Positions 1 to 11,251 of a stretch of DNA of 64,000 nucleotides are shown here, piece after piece. The notes below the pieces were generated by a model, which saw only the letters and a program-made list of their open reading frames with translations, had not been told where the DNA came from and did no database searches. The stretch lies in the NCBI GenBank assembly GCA_963701295.1, contig OY969585.1, positions 32,001 through 96,000 on the forward strand, in the 5' to 3' direction. This stretch comes from Ignavibacteriota bacterium (GTDB taxonomy: Bacteria > Bacteroidota > Ignavibacteria > UBA10030). How positions within the stretch are numbered: the stretch's first letter is position 1; every line of letters starts with the position of its first letter. The translations under genes and the position numbers were made by a program.

Positions 1-1
1 G

Positions 2-697
2 CTGCTAACAAATAAATGGGCACTTGTGACAGGCTCCAGCAGGGGTATCGGCCAGCAAATCGCGATTGGCCTTGCCCAGCGTAAATGCAACGTCATCGTG
101 CATGGACGTATGGAAAGTCACACCGCAGAAACTCTAAAGCGGCTGAAAACCTATACTGTCCAAACTCATGCCGTCACAGGCGATTTGGAAAACGCGAAGA
201 ACGTTGAAGCCATCATCCAGGAAGTTAAGTCAAGTCCTGGTTCGGTGGATATTCTCTACAACAATGCTGCCATCCAAAATAAGTGGAAACCCATCTGGGA
301 GATTAGCATAGACGAGTGGCTTCAGTCCTTCCAGATCAATCTCTTTGCTATGGTGGCACTGTGCAATGCCTTTGCGCCTGAGATGAAACGTCGTGGATAC
401 GGACGCATTATCAACCTGACCTCCGGCATCAAGGATATTCCGCAGTTAGCACCTTATAGTGTCTCGAAGGCCGCTGTAGATAAATACAGCCGTGATCTGG
501 CAGCGGAATTACGGGGTACGAATGTGCTGGTGAATTACTTAGATCCAGGTTGGTTGAAAACAGACTTGGGCGGGCCGAATGGGGAAAATGCGGTCGAGGC
601 GGTATTACCGGGAGCGTTAGTGCCTGCTTTGTTGGAAGATCATGGGCCAAGCGGGCGGTTCTATGCAGCGCAAGATTACAAAGTTCTGGAGTACTAA
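2..697 (+). CDS. SDR family oxidoreductase (5' end lies before the window)
   Basis: Frame open from base 2 (LLTNKWALVTGSSRGIG); TGxxxGIG, NNA and YxxSK motifs. Confidence 0.9.
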   Translation: MLTNKWALVTGSSRGIGQQIAIGLAQRKCNVIVHGRMESHTAETLKRLKTYTVQTHAVTGDLENAKNVEAIIQEVKSSPGSVDILYNNAAIQNKWKPIWEISIDEWLQSFQINLFAMVALCNAFAPEMKRRGYGRIINLTSGIKDIPQLAPYSVSKAAVDKYSRDLAAELRGTNVLVNYLDPGWLKTDLGGPNGENAVEAVLPGALVPALLEDHGPSGRFYAAQDYKVLEY

Positions 698-825
698 CGG
701 AACGAGCGCCCACCAACATTTGGAAGTAAATTTTGTGAAAAGGTTAGAGTAACGTCCGACTCGCAGTCAGACCTATTTGAGATTATCTTTTACAAATTCA
801 TCCTGCTACAAACAGAGCTCTACAC

Positions 826-1575
826 TCACTTCAGCTTCGCTAAGAGAAATTCCCGATTGAGCCGCGCAATGTGTATCACGGAAATTCCCTTCGGACATTC
901 GGCTTCACACACATAATTGTTGGAACAGTTTCCAAATCCCTCTTTGTCCATTTGAGCAACCATTTTCTGGACTCGCTCTTTACGTTCCGGTTGACCTTGC
1001 GGGAGCAATGCAAATTGCGATACTTTAGCTGCAACAAATAGCATGGCAGAGGAATTCGGACATGCCGCTACACACGCTCCGCATCCGATGCATGCTGCTG
1101 CATCCATTGCTTCTTCAGCGTTCTCCTTAGGCACCGGAGTGGAATTCGCGTCCGGCACACCTCCGGTTCGCACTGAAATAAATCCTCCTGCTTGCATAAT
1201 CCTGTCAAACGCCGTTCTATCCACAATAAGATCTTTGATAACCGGGAATGGATTTGCGCGCCATGGTTCGACGGTGATTGTCTGCCCATCGGTGAAGCTT
1301 CGCATCCGCACATCACAGGTTGCCTGCTTGCGACCTTTACCGTGTGCGCGGCCGTTGATCATCATCCCGCAGCTCCCGCAAATGCCCTCACGGCAATCAT
1401 GATCGAATGCAACCGGTTCTTGATCTCCTATCACTAATTGGTCATTCAGCACATCCAACATCTCCAGGAATGATGCATCCGGTGAAATATTCTTCACCTC
1501 ATACGTTTCAAAATTCCCCGCAAAGTTCTGATTCTTCTGACGCCAAATTTTTAATATAAAATTCATGCTCATCAT
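826..1575 (-). CDS. sdhB: Succinate dehydrogenase/fumarate reductase Fe-S subunit
   Basis: CREGICGSC and [12 protein letters not shown] clusters; downstream of sdhA. Confidence 0.95.
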   Translation of the reverse strand: MMSMNFILKIWRQKNQNFAGNFETYEVKNISPDASFLEMLDVLNDQLVIGDQEPVAFDHDCREGICGSCGMMINGRAHGKGRKQATCDVRMRSFTDGQTITVEPWRANPFPVIKDLIVDRTAFDRIMQAGGFISVRTGGVPDANSTPVPKENAEEAMDAAACIGCGACVAACPNSSAMLFVAAKVSQFALLPQGQPERKERVQKMVAQMDKEGFGNCSNNYVCEAECPKGISVIHIARLNREFLLAKLK

Positions 1576-1578
1576 TCC

Positions 1579-3492
1579 TCATTTATAGCTGCGTTCCGAG
1601 GGCTTCACATATTCAAACGTAAGCGGTTCTTTGTTCAACTTCGGTTTTTTGCCGTCGCCTGTAAATTCCCACGCCGCTGCGTATGCAAATTTTTTATCAT
1701 TCCGAAGCGCTTCACCTTCCGGTGTTTGACACTCTTCTCGGAAATGCCCTCCGCATGATTCTTTCCGCTGCAATGCATCGAATGTTAATAGTTCCGCCAA
1801 CTCCAGAAAATCAGCGATGCGTCCAGCTTTTTCCAATTCGATGCTGAGATTATCAGAATTACCAACAACTTTTGCATCCTTCCAGAATTCTTCCTGAATT
1901 TCCGGAATCAACTTCAATGCTTTCTTCAATCCTTTCTCATTTCGCCCCATCCCGACAAAATCCCACAAGACCTTGCCAAGCTTCTTGTGAATTTCATTGA
2001 CAGGTTGTTTACCATTGATGGCGAGAAGTTTTTCCACTCGCTCAGCAATGCTCTTATTTGCCTTCTCGAACTCCGAATGATTGGTCGCAAGAGACGAAAA
2101 TTTAGTCTTTGCAAGATAATCACTCATCGTATAAGGCAGAATGAAATACCCATCCGCCAAGCCTTGCATCAGGGCGCTGGCGCCGAGTCGATTTGCACCA
2201 TGATCGGAAAAGTTTGCTTCCCCGATAACAAACAAACCCGGAATCGTGCTCATCAAATTGTAGTCGACCCACAATCCACCCATAGTATAATGGACGGCGG
2301 GATAGATGCGCATGGGATCTGCATAGGGATTTTCGGCAGTGATTTCATGATACATATCAAAGAGGTTGCCGTACTTCTCTTCAATCCAATGTTTTCCGTT
2401 TCTCTTGATTGCATCAGCAAAATCGAGGTACACTGCCATCTTTGTCTTCCCGACACCAAGACCTTTGTCGCATATTTCTTTCGCGCGGCGAGAAGCAACA
2501 TCGCGCGGCACTAAATTTCCAAATGAAGGATAGAGGCGTTCGAGATAATAATCGCGTTCATTTTCCGGAATCTGCGATGGTGTGCGTGAGTCTCCTGATT
2601 TCTTCGGCACCCAGATGCGCCCATCGTTGCGAAGGCTTTCGCTCATAAGAGTCAACTTAGATTGATAATCACCGCTCACCGGAATGCATGTGGGATGAAT
2701 TTGCGTGAAACACGGATTCGCAAACAACGCACCTTTCTTATATGCACGCCAGATGGCTGTAGCATTGCTCGCCTTCGCCATTGTGGAGAGATAAAAAGTG
2801 TTTCCGTACCCGCCAGTTGCAAGCACGATTGCATCCGCAACATATGACTCGATTACCCCAGTTCTCAAATTTCGACAGATGATACCGCGTGCCATTCCAT
2901 CAACAACAACCAACTCCATCATCTCCCGCCGGTCAAAGAATTTTACGGCACCTGCACCAATCTGACGGCTTAAAGCGGAATATGCGCCAAGCAACAGTTG
3001 CTGGCCTGTTTGCCCGCGCGAATAAAATGTCCGGGATACTTGAGCGCCGCCGAAAGAACGCATGTCGAGATACCCGGCATAGTCACGAGCAAAAGGCACG
3101 CCTTGTGCAACGCACTGGTCGATGATGCTTCCGCTCACTTCCGCAAGCCTGTACACATTCGCTTCTCGCGCTCGGTAGTCTCCGCCTTTTAATGTATCGT
3201 AAAACAAACGATAGACGCTATCGCCGTCGTTTGCGTAATTCTTCGGTGCGTTGATACCACCCTGGGCCGCAATACTGTGCGCACGCCGCGGTGATTCATG
3301 GTAAGATAATGCAATCACCTTATAACCAAGCTCTGCCAATGAAGCCGCTGCAGAAGCTCCAGCTAAACCGGTTCCAACTACTATAATAGAATACTTACGC
3401 CGATTTGATGGATTGACTAATTTCATATTGAAACGATGATTGGACCATTTTTTTTCGATGGGCCCATCGGGAATTTTGGAGTCAAGCGTCAT
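1579..3492 (-). CDS. sdhA: Succinate dehydrogenase/fumarate reductase flavoprotein subunit
   Basis: GTGLAG FAD motif, [27 protein letters not shown]; start set at ATG 3492 just after the sdhC stop. Confidence 0.95.
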   Translation of the reverse strand: MTLDSKIPDGPIEKKWSNHRFNMKLVNPSNRRKYSIIVVGTGLAGASAAASLAELGYKVIALSYHESPRRAHSIAAQGGINAPKNYANDGDSVYRLFYDTLKGGDYRAREANVYRLAEVSGSIIDQCVAQGVPFARDYAGYLDMRSFGGAQVSRTFYSRGQTGQQLLLGAYSALSRQIGAGAVKFFDRREMMELVVVDGMARGIICRNLRTGVIESYVADAIVLATGGYGNTFYLSTMAKASNATAIWRAYKKGALFANPCFTQIHPTCIPVSGDYQSKLTLMSESLRNDGRIWVPKKSGDSRTPSQIPENERDYYLERLYPSFGNLVPRDVASRRAKEICDKGLGVGKTKMAVYLDFADAIKRNGKHWIEEKYGNLFDMYHEITAENPYADPMRIYPAVHYTMGGLWVDYNLMSTIPGLFVIGEANFSDHGANRLGASALMQGLADGYFILPYTMSDYLAKTKFSSLATNHSEFEKANKSIAERVEKLLAINGKQPVNEIHKKLGKVLWDFVGMGRNEKGLKKALKLIPEIQEEFWKDAKVVGNSDNLSIELEKAGRIADFLELAELLTFDALQRKESCGGHFREECQTPEGEALRNDKKFAYAAAWEFTGDGKKPKLNKEPLTFEYVKPSERSYK

Positions 3493-3494
3493 AG

Positions 3495-4193
3495 TCAATG
3501 AATCCCCATAATCACGGTAGATGCAGCTTGGTGGAAGAAAAAGAAATAAATCGGAATGGCGGCAAAACCGAGTGGAATCAGACACCAAACGATACATGCT
3601 AAGAGATCAAGAAATGGAGCGTATGTTTTATTTCGCAGTCCGAGTGTCTGGAATGCTGATTGGAATCCATGCCGCAAGTGGTACCCAAGCAAAAAGAGAG
3701 CAATAAGATACAAAGCAACATACCAAGGGTTTGCAAAGGCATCAACAATGAGTTTGTATGATGAGATCTTTTCTCCCTCAAAACGAGAAGGATATAATGG
3801 GATAAAAAAAGATCGAAGGTGAATGACAAGAAAGCAAAAGATTATACTTCCAGTCCAAATCATAGTACGAGAAGAAAGTGTTGCATTATCTTTCGATCGA
3901 AAGAGTTTGTACTTGATTGGACGCTTCATCTTATTTGTGAGCCATAATGTAGCACCGAGAAATGCATGACCAACAATCGAGAGAAAAAGGAATATCTCGA
4001 TAGTTAGAACAACGGGGTTATGGACAAGGAATTCGCCGTATGCTTCGAACGTTTTTCCATTGTCGTGAAATAGGACGAGCAGGAGATTGCCGATGAGATG
4101 TTCCGTCAGAAATACAATCAGGAACAAACCGGTGAGACTCATCAAGACTTTCTTGCCGATAGACGAGTAATAAAAGGCAAAGATGTTGTTCAT
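3495..4193 (-). CDS. sdhC: Succinate dehydrogenase cytochrome b subunit
   Basis: [27 protein letters not shown], several TM helices with His ligands; first gene of sdhCAB. Confidence 0.92.
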   Translation of the reverse strand: MNNIFAFYYSSIGKKVLMSLTGLFLIVFLTEHLIGNLLLVLFHDNGKTFEAYGEFLVHNPVVLTIEIFLFLSIVGHAFLGATLWLTNKMKRPIKYKLFRSKDNATLSSRTMIWTGSIIFCFLVIHLRSFFIPLYPSRFEGEKISSYKLIVDAFANPWYVALYLIALFLLGYHLRHGFQSAFQTLGLRNKTYAPFLDLLACIVWCLIPLGFAAIPIYFFFFHQAASTVIMGIH

Positions 4194-4392
4194 AGAATTC
4201 TTAATGTATGGTTTAACAACAGTGCTCGTCGATGAGTGTTCATTTACACTACTATATCATACGGTTTTTTCACTGTTGAGAGTGTAGGGAAGATTTTTAG
4301 AAAAAGCAATGATTTTACTATGGGCTATGGCAAAAGTATTTCTAAACGAATATACCATCCACTGATGATGGAGCGGTTCTTCCACACGACTT

Positions 4393-5271
4393 TTAACTGC
4401 CGACTCCCTCACTAATAAAACGGCGGACAGAAATCATACTTCCGAACAACCCAAGTACACAACCGACCCCAACAATGATGCTATAGTAGTATGGTTGAAC
4501 ATGGACAAATTCTGAAAGAGAGACGGTAAGCCACTGCTCCAGATAGTTGAAGAGCACAAATACGATGGCTGCTGCAATCAATCCGCCAAGCAGACCTTGA
4601 AGAAATCCTTCCAGTAAAAACGGCAGCCGAATGAAACCGCGCGTGGCGCCGATAAGCTTCATTGTCTGTATAATTTTACGCTTAGCATAAATAGCAAGGC
4701 GGATAGTGTTTGCAACAAGAATAACAGAGGAAAGGGTGATAAAGATACCTACGCCAAGCGTGATCCAGAGAAACAGCATGGCGCGTTCGTCCAGCATTTC
4801 CAATAATTGCTTGCGGTAGATAACATCATCTACACCTTTGAGAGATTTTACTTGTTGAACGATACTCTCTGCATGTTTGGCGGTTTTGTAACCTTCTTTC
4901 AGGAATATTTTAAGCGATGCCGGCAGCGGATTGAAGTTCAATATTTTATATATGTCTTCGCCGAATTCCTGCTGAAATATTTTTGCCGCTTCTTCTTTTG
5001 AAACAAAATGTACTTCGCGTACACCGTCCAGCATTTCTATTAAGCCCTTTACTTCGGTAATTTTATCAGAAGAGAGTTGATCGTTCAGAAATGCTTCCAT
5101 CTCTACTTTCTCTCTGAGGGAGTTTACGACATTATTAGCATTGAGAAAGAGAATCGCAAAAAAACTCAGCAGCAACAAGGACACGCAGATAGTGAAGACT
5201 GCGGAGAACATCGATAACTTCGCGCGTTTGAATCCTGAGAATCCTTCTCTTAACACATATCGTAGTTGCAT
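4393..5271 (-). CDS. ftsX: Cell division permease FtsX
   Basis: NPLPAS, NTIRLAIYAKR, MKLIGAT..FIRLPFLLEG; four TM segments. Confidence 0.9.
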   Translation of the reverse strand: MQLRYVLREGFSGFKRAKLSMFSAVFTICVSLLLLSFFAILFLNANNVVNSLREKVEMEAFLNDQLSSDKITEVKGLIEMLDGVREVHFVSKEEAAKIFQQEFGEDIYKILNFNPLPASLKIFLKEGYKTAKHAESIVQQVKSLKGVDDVIYRKQLLEMLDERAMLFLWITLGVGIFITLSSVILVANTIRLAIYAKRKIIQTMKLIGATRGFIRLPFLLEGFLQGLLGGLIAAAIVFVLFNYLEQWLTVSLSEFVHVQPYYYSIIVGVGCVLGLFGSMISVRRFISEGVGS

Positions 5272-5278
5272 AGCTCTC

Positions 5279-6133
5279 TTATGTACTCTGCTGTGAATCG
5301 CGACCACTTTCGAATGGGCGATAACTACCCAGCACTCGCACTAATGTGCACATTTCTTTCAAGTGATTCAATGCCCGACGAAGCGGATCGCTGTTCGGCG
5401 TTCCTTCAACATCGAGGTAGAAAAGATATTCCCATGGCTTTCCGATGAGTGGACGCGATTCGACTTTTAGTAAATTGATGTCGCGAAGAGCAAATACGGC
5501 CAATGCTTTGAAGAGCGAACCTGGAATATTCTTTGCAGCAAAGACGAGTGATGTCTTTACCGTGCCGTGGAGCTGAATCGGTGTGCGTGAAAGCGCTATG
5601 AAGCGTGTGAAATTACGATGATCACTTTCTACATTCCGCTTCAGTATGTGCAGTGCGTGGGTCTGGGCAGCTTGTTCGCTTGCGAGAGCGGCAGCGTCAT
5701 GCTGCCGACGTTCACGGATAAACCGCGCCGCTGCTGCGGTATCGTGCACCGCTTCTACTTTTACTTTCTTTAGTTTACCGAGGAAATTTTCGCACTGACC
5801 AATCGCCTGCAACTGAGAATAGATTGTGCGAATATTGCTCTGTTTAGTCTCCGGAAGTGCCATCAAATGCAGTTCTATGCGGAGTTTCACTTCACCGATG
5901 ATAAAGAGCTTGTGCTTCAGGAGAAGATCATATACCTGATGGATACTTCCGAAAAGCGAGTTTTCAATCGGGACGATACAACGACCTGCGGTGCGTCGTT
6001 CAGTATCAGTAAAGACCTCAGAGAAAGTTGGCAACGGTTTCAATGCAGAATGTGTACCGAAGAATTGCCGTGCTGCCTGTTCACTGAATGACCCCGATTC
6101 ACCTTGATATGCAATCATAGGTTGTCTTTTCAT
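5279..6133 (-). CDS. pheA: Prephenate dehydratase with ACT domain
   Basis: AYQGESGSFSE, PIENS, NFTRF, ESRP motifs. Confidence 0.93.
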   Translation of the reverse strand: MKRQPMIAYQGESGSFSEQAARQFFGTHSALKPLPTFSEVFTDTERRTAGRCIVPIENSLFGSIHQVYDLLLKHKLFIIGEVKLRIELHLMALPETKQSNIRTIYSQLQAIGQCENFLGKLKKVKVEAVHDTAAAARFIRERRQHDAAALASEQAAQTHALHILKRNVESDHRNFTRFIALSRTPIQLHGTVKTSLVFAAKNIPGSLFKALAVFALRDINLLKVESRPLIGKPWEYLFYLDVEGTPNSDPLRRALNHLKEMCTLVRVLGSYRPFESGRDSQQST

Positions 6134-6134
6134 C

Positions 6135-6650
6135 TTAGTGATTTGAATCATCATGCCATCGGACAATCATCCAGGGATATTGCGTTCCCTGGCGCGCCAA
6201 TTGAAGGCTTGCATATCCATCAACACGAACAATATCGCTCGCATTAAATGTCACCGTAAGATTAAATCCCCGGCTTATGGAAGCATCTGTAGTGTAAGAA
6301 TCTATAGATGATGAATCAATAATGTTATTCCACACGAGATCCAAACGCTCAACGCTCTGAAAGAGTCCATATGTAGTTCGCATTTCCTCATCTCTTCCCC
6401 ATGAAATTTCAGCGCCACCGCGGTCATAGTCAGGATAAAGAAATATAAAGTTGCCATTGATGAGTTGTCCATAGATTGACGTGTCCCGAAATGTATAAGC
6501 ATATTTGAAATTCTGAAACACGCCATCGGGATTTTTCTGGTCACTCAAGAGCGACGATGTTTCTCCAGAAGAATCATCCAATCCCGGTGCAAATGGATTA
6601 CAAGAAATAAGTGCAAAACAAAACGGTATGAAAATGATGATATATCTCAT
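6135..6650 (-). CDS. Hypothetical lipoprotein (NTF2/SnoaL-like pattern)
   Basis: Lipobox LISC; same strand and close spacing within the recR-pheA run. Confidence 0.75.
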   Translation of the reverse strand: MRYIIIFIPFCFALISCNPFAPGLDDSSGETSSLLSDQKNPDGVFQNFKYAYTFRDTSIYGQLINGNFIFLYPDYDRGGAEISWGRDEEMRTTYGLFQSVERLDLVWNNIIDSSSIDSYTTDASISRGFNLTVTFNASDIVRVDGYASLQLARQGTQYPWMIVRWHDDSNH

Positions 6651-6743
6651 AACGCAAAAACGGTCGATTATCAGTTTTCAATAATCCATAATAAGGCATC
6701 AACACTTAACCATGCGTATTCAATTGACAATTTCTTCCTCCCC

Positions 6744-7331
6744 CTAATTAACGAACGAACCCTTCAAATCGCTCCAAGTCGAATCAGAAGGATTTAATTC
6801 ATAATCTGTCCAACGACGAATGTACCAACTTCCTTTCAGTGGGTCGCGAACAAGAGCAAACTGTGCCTGTCCTTTGTACACCTTCACCGGACCACCTGGT
6901 ACTGTATTCGGAACATTTAATAAATACGTTTGCACGAACTCACACGAATCCAAATAGTTCGTTGATGCGATTGTCGTAAACTCTAATGATACTTTTGAAT
7001 TTTTTGGAAGGCTGCCTATTACATTTTTAAAATATTCTTCTTCCTTCGCCTTATTCCAATCAATCAATTCCCCATAGCTTTGAAGTGCTTTGCCGCTTGC
7101 TACAAAAGTGAACGATGAATCAGAAATAGTCTGAGAATAATTGAATGCATCAGCCTCCTGAAACGCATAGATCATATTTTGAAAAACAAGTGAAGCATCT
7201 GTTGCTGTTACATTGCTCGAACTCGCTTGCGTGGGAGCGGGAGCTTCTGCTGTTCTCGTCTTAAACAAATTACAGGACGCCACACAAAAACACAGCACAA
7301 AGCCAATCACCACGATCACTTTTCTCGGCAT
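6744..7331 (-). CDS. Hypothetical lipoprotein (NTF2/SnoaL-like pattern)
   Basis: AAGGAG upstream of ATG 7331; lipobox VASC; C-terminal WYIRRWTD. Confidence 0.75.
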   Translation of the reverse strand: MPRKVIVVIGFVLCFCVASCNLFKTRTAEAPAPTQASSSNVTATDASLVFQNMIYAFQEADAFNYSQTISDSSFTFVASGKALQSYGELIDWNKAKEEEYFKNVIGSLPKNSKVSLEFTTIASTNYLDSCEFVQTYLLNVPNTVPGGPVKVYKGQAQFALVRDPLKGSWYIRRWTDYELNPSDSTWSDLKGSFVN

Positions 7332-7341
7332 CAGAACTCCT

Positions 7342-7941
7342 TTACACTGCAATACGACCTTCCAACGCTCTGGAGAGTGTTGCTTCGTCTGCAAATTCAA
7401 GATCAGAACCCACAGGTAAACCCCGCGCTATGCGCGTAATTTTCATACCCAACGGTTTCAACAAACGGGAAAGATACAGCGTGGTCGCTTCACCTTCCAC
7501 GTTAGGGTTCAGCGCCAGAATTACTTCCTCAATCGTTGCATTGGAAAAACGCTGGAGCAATTCTTTGATCTTCAGATCATCCGGACCAACACCATCAAGC
7601 GGTGAAAGCGCACCGCCAAGTACGTGATACAGACCTTTGAATTCGTGTGTCTTTTCGATTGCAATCACGTCGTGTGGTTCTTCCACAACGCAAATGAATG
7701 ATCGCTCACGTTTCGTATTAGAACAGATTGCGCACGGATCAGATTCCGTGATATTGGAACACACAGAGCAGTATCGAACCTTGTCTTTGACATTCACCAA
7801 TGCTTTTGCCAACGTAACGACTTCATCGCGCGACATCTTCAATACATACAGCGCAAGACGATACGCTGTCTTCCTTCCGATTCCTGGAAGCTGAGCGAAT
7901 TGTTCTGCGAGTTGTTCAACTGATTCGGCGGTATAAAACAT
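7342..7941 (-). CDS. recR: Recombination mediator RecR
   Basis: LPGIGRKTA HhH, C4 zinc finger, TOPRIM (YHVLGG, EGEATT). Confidence 0.97.
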   Translation of the reverse strand: MFYTAESVEQLAEQFAQLPGIGRKTAYRLALYVLKMSRDEVVTLAKALVNVKDKVRYCSVCSNITESDPCAICSNTKRERSFICVVEEPHDVIAIEKTHEFKGLYHVLGGALSPLDGVGPDDLKIKELLQRFSNATIEEVILALNPNVEGEATTLYLSRLLKPLGMKITRIARGLPVGSDLEFADEATLSRALEGRIAV

Positions 7942-7960
7942 AAAATTTCTCTTGTGAGAA

Positions 7961-8305
7961 TTATAAACCGGGGAGTTTCATACCGGGAATGTTCGGCATC
8001 ATCCCGCCTGTCACTTTCTGCATTTCCTCCGCTGCCATTGCAGTTGAACGTTCCAACGCTTGATTCACTGCTGCGAGCACTAAGTCTTCTAGCATCTCTT
8101 TTTCATCCGGATTGATAACTTCTTTCTCGACTTCAATCTTCACAATGTGCTGTTTACCATTTGCCGCGACCTTTACCATGCCTCCTCCGGACTCAGCAGT
8201 CACAACTTTGTTCTCTAATTCTGCTTGTACCATGTCCATCTTTTCCTGCATTTTCTGTACTTGCTTCATCATCTGTTGCATATTCGGCATACCACCTTTG
8301 AACAT
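7961..8305 (-). CDS. ybaB: YbaB/EbfC nucleoid-associated protein
   Basis: [19 protein letters not shown]; classic position upstream of recR. Confidence 0.93.
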   Translation of the reverse strand: MFKGGMPNMQQMMKQVQKMQEKMDMVQAELENKVVTAESGGGMVKVAANGKQHIVKIEVEKEVINPDEKEMLEDLVLAAVNQALERSTAMAAEEMQKVTGGMMPNIPGMKLPGL

Positions 8306-8348
8306 TCTCAACTCTCCTCAATTCTCTATTTAATAAATTTTATAAGGT

Positions 8349-8377
8349 AATATACCCTGAAATAGAAGGAAAGTCAA
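8349..8377 (-). promoter_or_regulatory. Sigma70-type promoter of ybaB-recR
   Basis: TTGACT-N17-TATATT on the minus strand. Confidence 0.75.
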
Positions 8378-8401
8378 CGAACGGAATATTCCCATCCCTT
8401 C

Positions 8402-8430
8402 TTGACTTTCGGGAGAATTGCAGATATATT
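8402..8430 (+). promoter_or_regulatory. Sigma70-type promoter pointing to tRNA-Asn
   Basis: TTGACT-N17-TATATT on the plus strand. Confidence 0.75.
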
Positions 8431-8630
8431 TATTGAAAGCTCATCAGGTACGGTGAGCTTTTCAGTTGATATTCTGCTCACGAGATAGACCTTGGGAGAT
8501 ATTTTTTATTAAAAAGTATCCGACAAAAAAAGATGCAACTCTCGCAGAACGAAAAGTGAAGTCATGGAAAACCGAGAAATGATTAGTAAATTGGTGCGCG
8601 GAGAAATTCAAATTTAGCCGTTCACAAAAT

Positions 8631-8705
8631 TCCGCGATAGCTCAATGGTGGAGCATCCGGCTGTTAACCGGAGGGTTGTAGGTTCGAGTCCTACTCGCGG
8701 AGCCA
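8631..8705 (+). tRNA. tRNA-Asn(GTT)
   Basis: Acceptor stem TCCGCGA/TCGCGGA, anticodon arm CCGG-CTGTTAA-CCGG, GGTTCGAGTCC T-loop, encoded CCA. Confidence 0.98.
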
Positions 8706-8782
8706 TTTAATATAAAAACTCGACGCTTGAGATTTCCTTTTAGACATCTAACTAAAATCCTCGCCTTCCTCGTTTCTACGTA

Positions 8783-10972
8783 CTACAATTTTTCCAGTAT
8801 ATATTTTGTGATTGTCTCAAATAAATAGACTCGAGTATTACCGCCAGCTATACTATGGTTCTTATTCACATAAAATTGAATATCAAAATGTTTTCCTGCT
8901 TTTTGAAGCGCATCTACTAACTGCATGGTGTTCTGCCAATGAACATTGTCATCTGTAGTTCCGTGAACAATCAGTAAATTTCCTCGTAATTGATCGACAT
9001 ACGAGAGTGCTGAGCTTTCTTTATAGCCTTCAGGGTTCTCCGCCGGAAGACCCATATAGCGTTCCGTATATATATCATCATACAAATGCCAATCGGTTAC
9101 CGGTGCAACTGCCACCGCTGTTTTGAAAGTCTGATTTGCCCTTAGGATTGAGGACACTGCCATATAACCGCCATAGCTCCACCCCCAGATACCAACTCGT
9201 GTGCTATCAATAAATGATCGAGAGATGAGATATTTGACTCCTTCGCACTGGTCGTTCACTTCCCATTTGCCCAAATTCCTATACACGATATCTCGAAATA
9301 TTTTACCCCGCTTGCCGGTTCCGCGACCGTCGATCCTGACAACTACATATCCTTTCTGCGCTAACATACGATGCCAGAGATCGGTGGAACCGCCCCATGA
9401 ATTCACGACATTCTGGGAATTCGGGCCACCATAAATATAAATAAGCAAAGGATATTTTTGAGCTTGATTGAAGTCAGGCGGCTTAATCATCGAAGCATTC
9501 AATGTTACTCCATCAGAAGTAGAAATTTGAAAGAACTCTTCAGGTGCCAGATGCAAATCTACAATCGATAGGTTCATATTCTCTTCGACAATCTGGTTCT
9601 TCTTTCCATCAGTTGAAACGACCTCTATTTTAGGAGGCATATTTGTGTTTGAATATGTATCTAGAAAATTCTGTTCATCGGGGGCAAGATTGGGTGAGTG
9701 AGTAAATCCCTCAGCCGTTAATTGCTTCATACCGGTCCCGTCATAACGGATGGAATAGAAATGACGTTCAATGGGTGTCTTTACTGATGCGGTAAAATAG
9801 ATTACCTGCCGGTCTTCATCGATCCCGGAAATTCCCTCAACCTCCCATTCACCTTTTGTGATCTGTGTTGTCTTCTTCGTGACAAGGTCAACTAGAAAAA
9901 TGTGTGCATAGCCATCTTTATCTGAGATACGAAAAAACTGTTTACCGGATTTTAACAAAAAGGCTTCGTACCCTTCTTCTATCCAAGTCTTTGATTCTTC
10001 TGTCAGGAGAACTGAGGACTTGCCTGATTCAATATTTGCTTCGAGGAATTCCAGTTTGTTCTGCAATCGATTCAACCGCTGGATGAGCAGTCGCTTACCA
10101 TCCGGGAACCACTGCATACGTGGAATATAAACATCCTCCTCCTTACCAATATCCATCCACACCGTCTTTTTTGTTTTCAAAGATACAGTACCGATGCGTA
10201 CAATTGAATTTGTATCACCGGCCTTCGGATAGCGCATAGTTTCGACTTCACTCCGCTTGGTCATAAAATCGATCATATGATATTCTGGAACACGGTTTTC
10301 ATCCAACTGCCAGTAGGCAATGCTCGCTCCGTCAGGAGACCAAGCCCAACCATCCGAGATATCGAATTCTTCTTCATAGACCCAATCAAATTTGCCGTTG
10401 ATCAAATGCTCAGTACCATCCGTCGTGAGTTGATTCTCCACCCCTTGTGCAAGATCGATATAATAAATGTTATTTCCGCGAACAAAACCCAACTTTGAAC
10501 CATCAGGTGAAAATTTTTGATTGTACTGTGTCTCGTTTATATTTGTCAATCTCCGCAAATTTTTTCTCTTCAAGTCGTAGAGAAAGTAATTTTCGGCCGG
10601 CGTGAACCTCGAAAAGTATTGTCGCTCAGGATGTGCAGAAACAAAAAGGACTTTCTGTTCATCAGGTGACCATTGATAGCTTGTATATCTCAGGACCGCC
10701 TTGCTTGTGTCGTTATACAATGTGGAAGCATCGATCAAGACTTCACGCTTACCACTGGCAAGTGCATATTTCCAAACCTGAGTCGCTTTCTTTACACTAT
10801 CATATTGTTGATAGCTAAAAGCTTTTCCCCCATCTATCCAGCGAATGCCAGAAAGACTATCGGTGGAATACTTTGAAGATCCAAAAATATCCTGAATTGT
10901 GGGACTCTGCTGCCCTTGGGTTACCGTCAGCGCAAGAGCAATTATTATTGCCAAACTTAACACCTTTTGCAT
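8783..10972 (-). CDS. Dipeptidyl peptidase IV (S9B)
   Basis: Signal peptide, DWVYEEE, GWSYGG nucleophile, DDNVH, NHSI. Confidence 0.95.
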   Translation of the reverse strand: MQKVLSLAIIIALALTVTQGQQSPTIQDIFGSSKYSTDSLSGIRWIDGGKAFSYQQYDSVKKATQVWKYALASGKREVLIDASTLYNDTSKAVLRYTSYQWSPDEQKVLFVSAHPERQYFSRFTPAENYFLYDLKRKNLRRLTNINETQYNQKFSPDGSKLGFVRGNNIYYIDLAQGVENQLTTDGTEHLINGKFDWVYEEEFDISDGWAWSPDGASIAYWQLDENRVPEYHMIDFMTKRSEVETMRYPKAGDTNSIVRIGTVSLKTKKTVWMDIGKEEDVYIPRMQWFPDGKRLLIQRLNRLQNKLEFLEANIESGKSSVLLTEESKTWIEEGYEAFLLKSGKQFFRISDKDGYAHIFLVDLVTKKTTQITKGEWEVEGISGIDEDRQVIYFTASVKTPIERHFYSIRYDGTGMKQLTAEGFTHSPNLAPDEQNFLDTYSNTNMPPKIEVVSTDGKKNQIVEENMNLSIVDLHLAPEEFFQISTSDGVTLNASMIKPPDFNQAQKYPLLIYIYGGPNSQNVVNSWGGSTDLWHRMLAQKGYVVVRIDGRGTGKRGKIFRDIVYRNLGKWEVNDQCEGVKYLISRSFIDSTRVGIWGWSYGGYMAVSSILRANQTFKTAVAVAPVTDWHLYDDIYTERYMGLPAENPEGYKESSALSYVDQLRGNLLIVHGTTDDNVHWQNTMQLVDALQKAGKHFDIQFYVNKNHSIAGGNTRVYLFETITKYILEKL

Positions 10973-11251
10973 ACAACCTCCAAAACAAAACTATTGATAA
11001 CAAAAAATAATTCAAGATTACAGATTTCATTTGTGAGAAAATGACGTCAGAAAATAGAAAAAGACTCAACGAATAACAACAATAAACCTCAACACACCAC
11101 TAGACGCCGGAGTATCAGGAGGCTAACTTCGTCATCGGGGAGACAACACGAGCAACAATCAAATCGTTTGCATATTTATCAACTTCTTCCCCTATCCCCC
11201 TCTCAGATGAGAAAGGAATTTGGGCAAATTTGAATCGTATTACTTTGGTCT

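Noticed and set aside
751-769. Hairpin GTCCGACT-CGC-AGTCAGAC between convergent SDR and sdhB, possibly REP-like
   Set aside because: Single copy in the window and no associated transposase; may just aid termination
3493-3597. N-terminal extension of sdhA in the ORF track
   Set aside because: Overlaps the sdhC 3' end; MTLDSKIP at 3492 is the typical start
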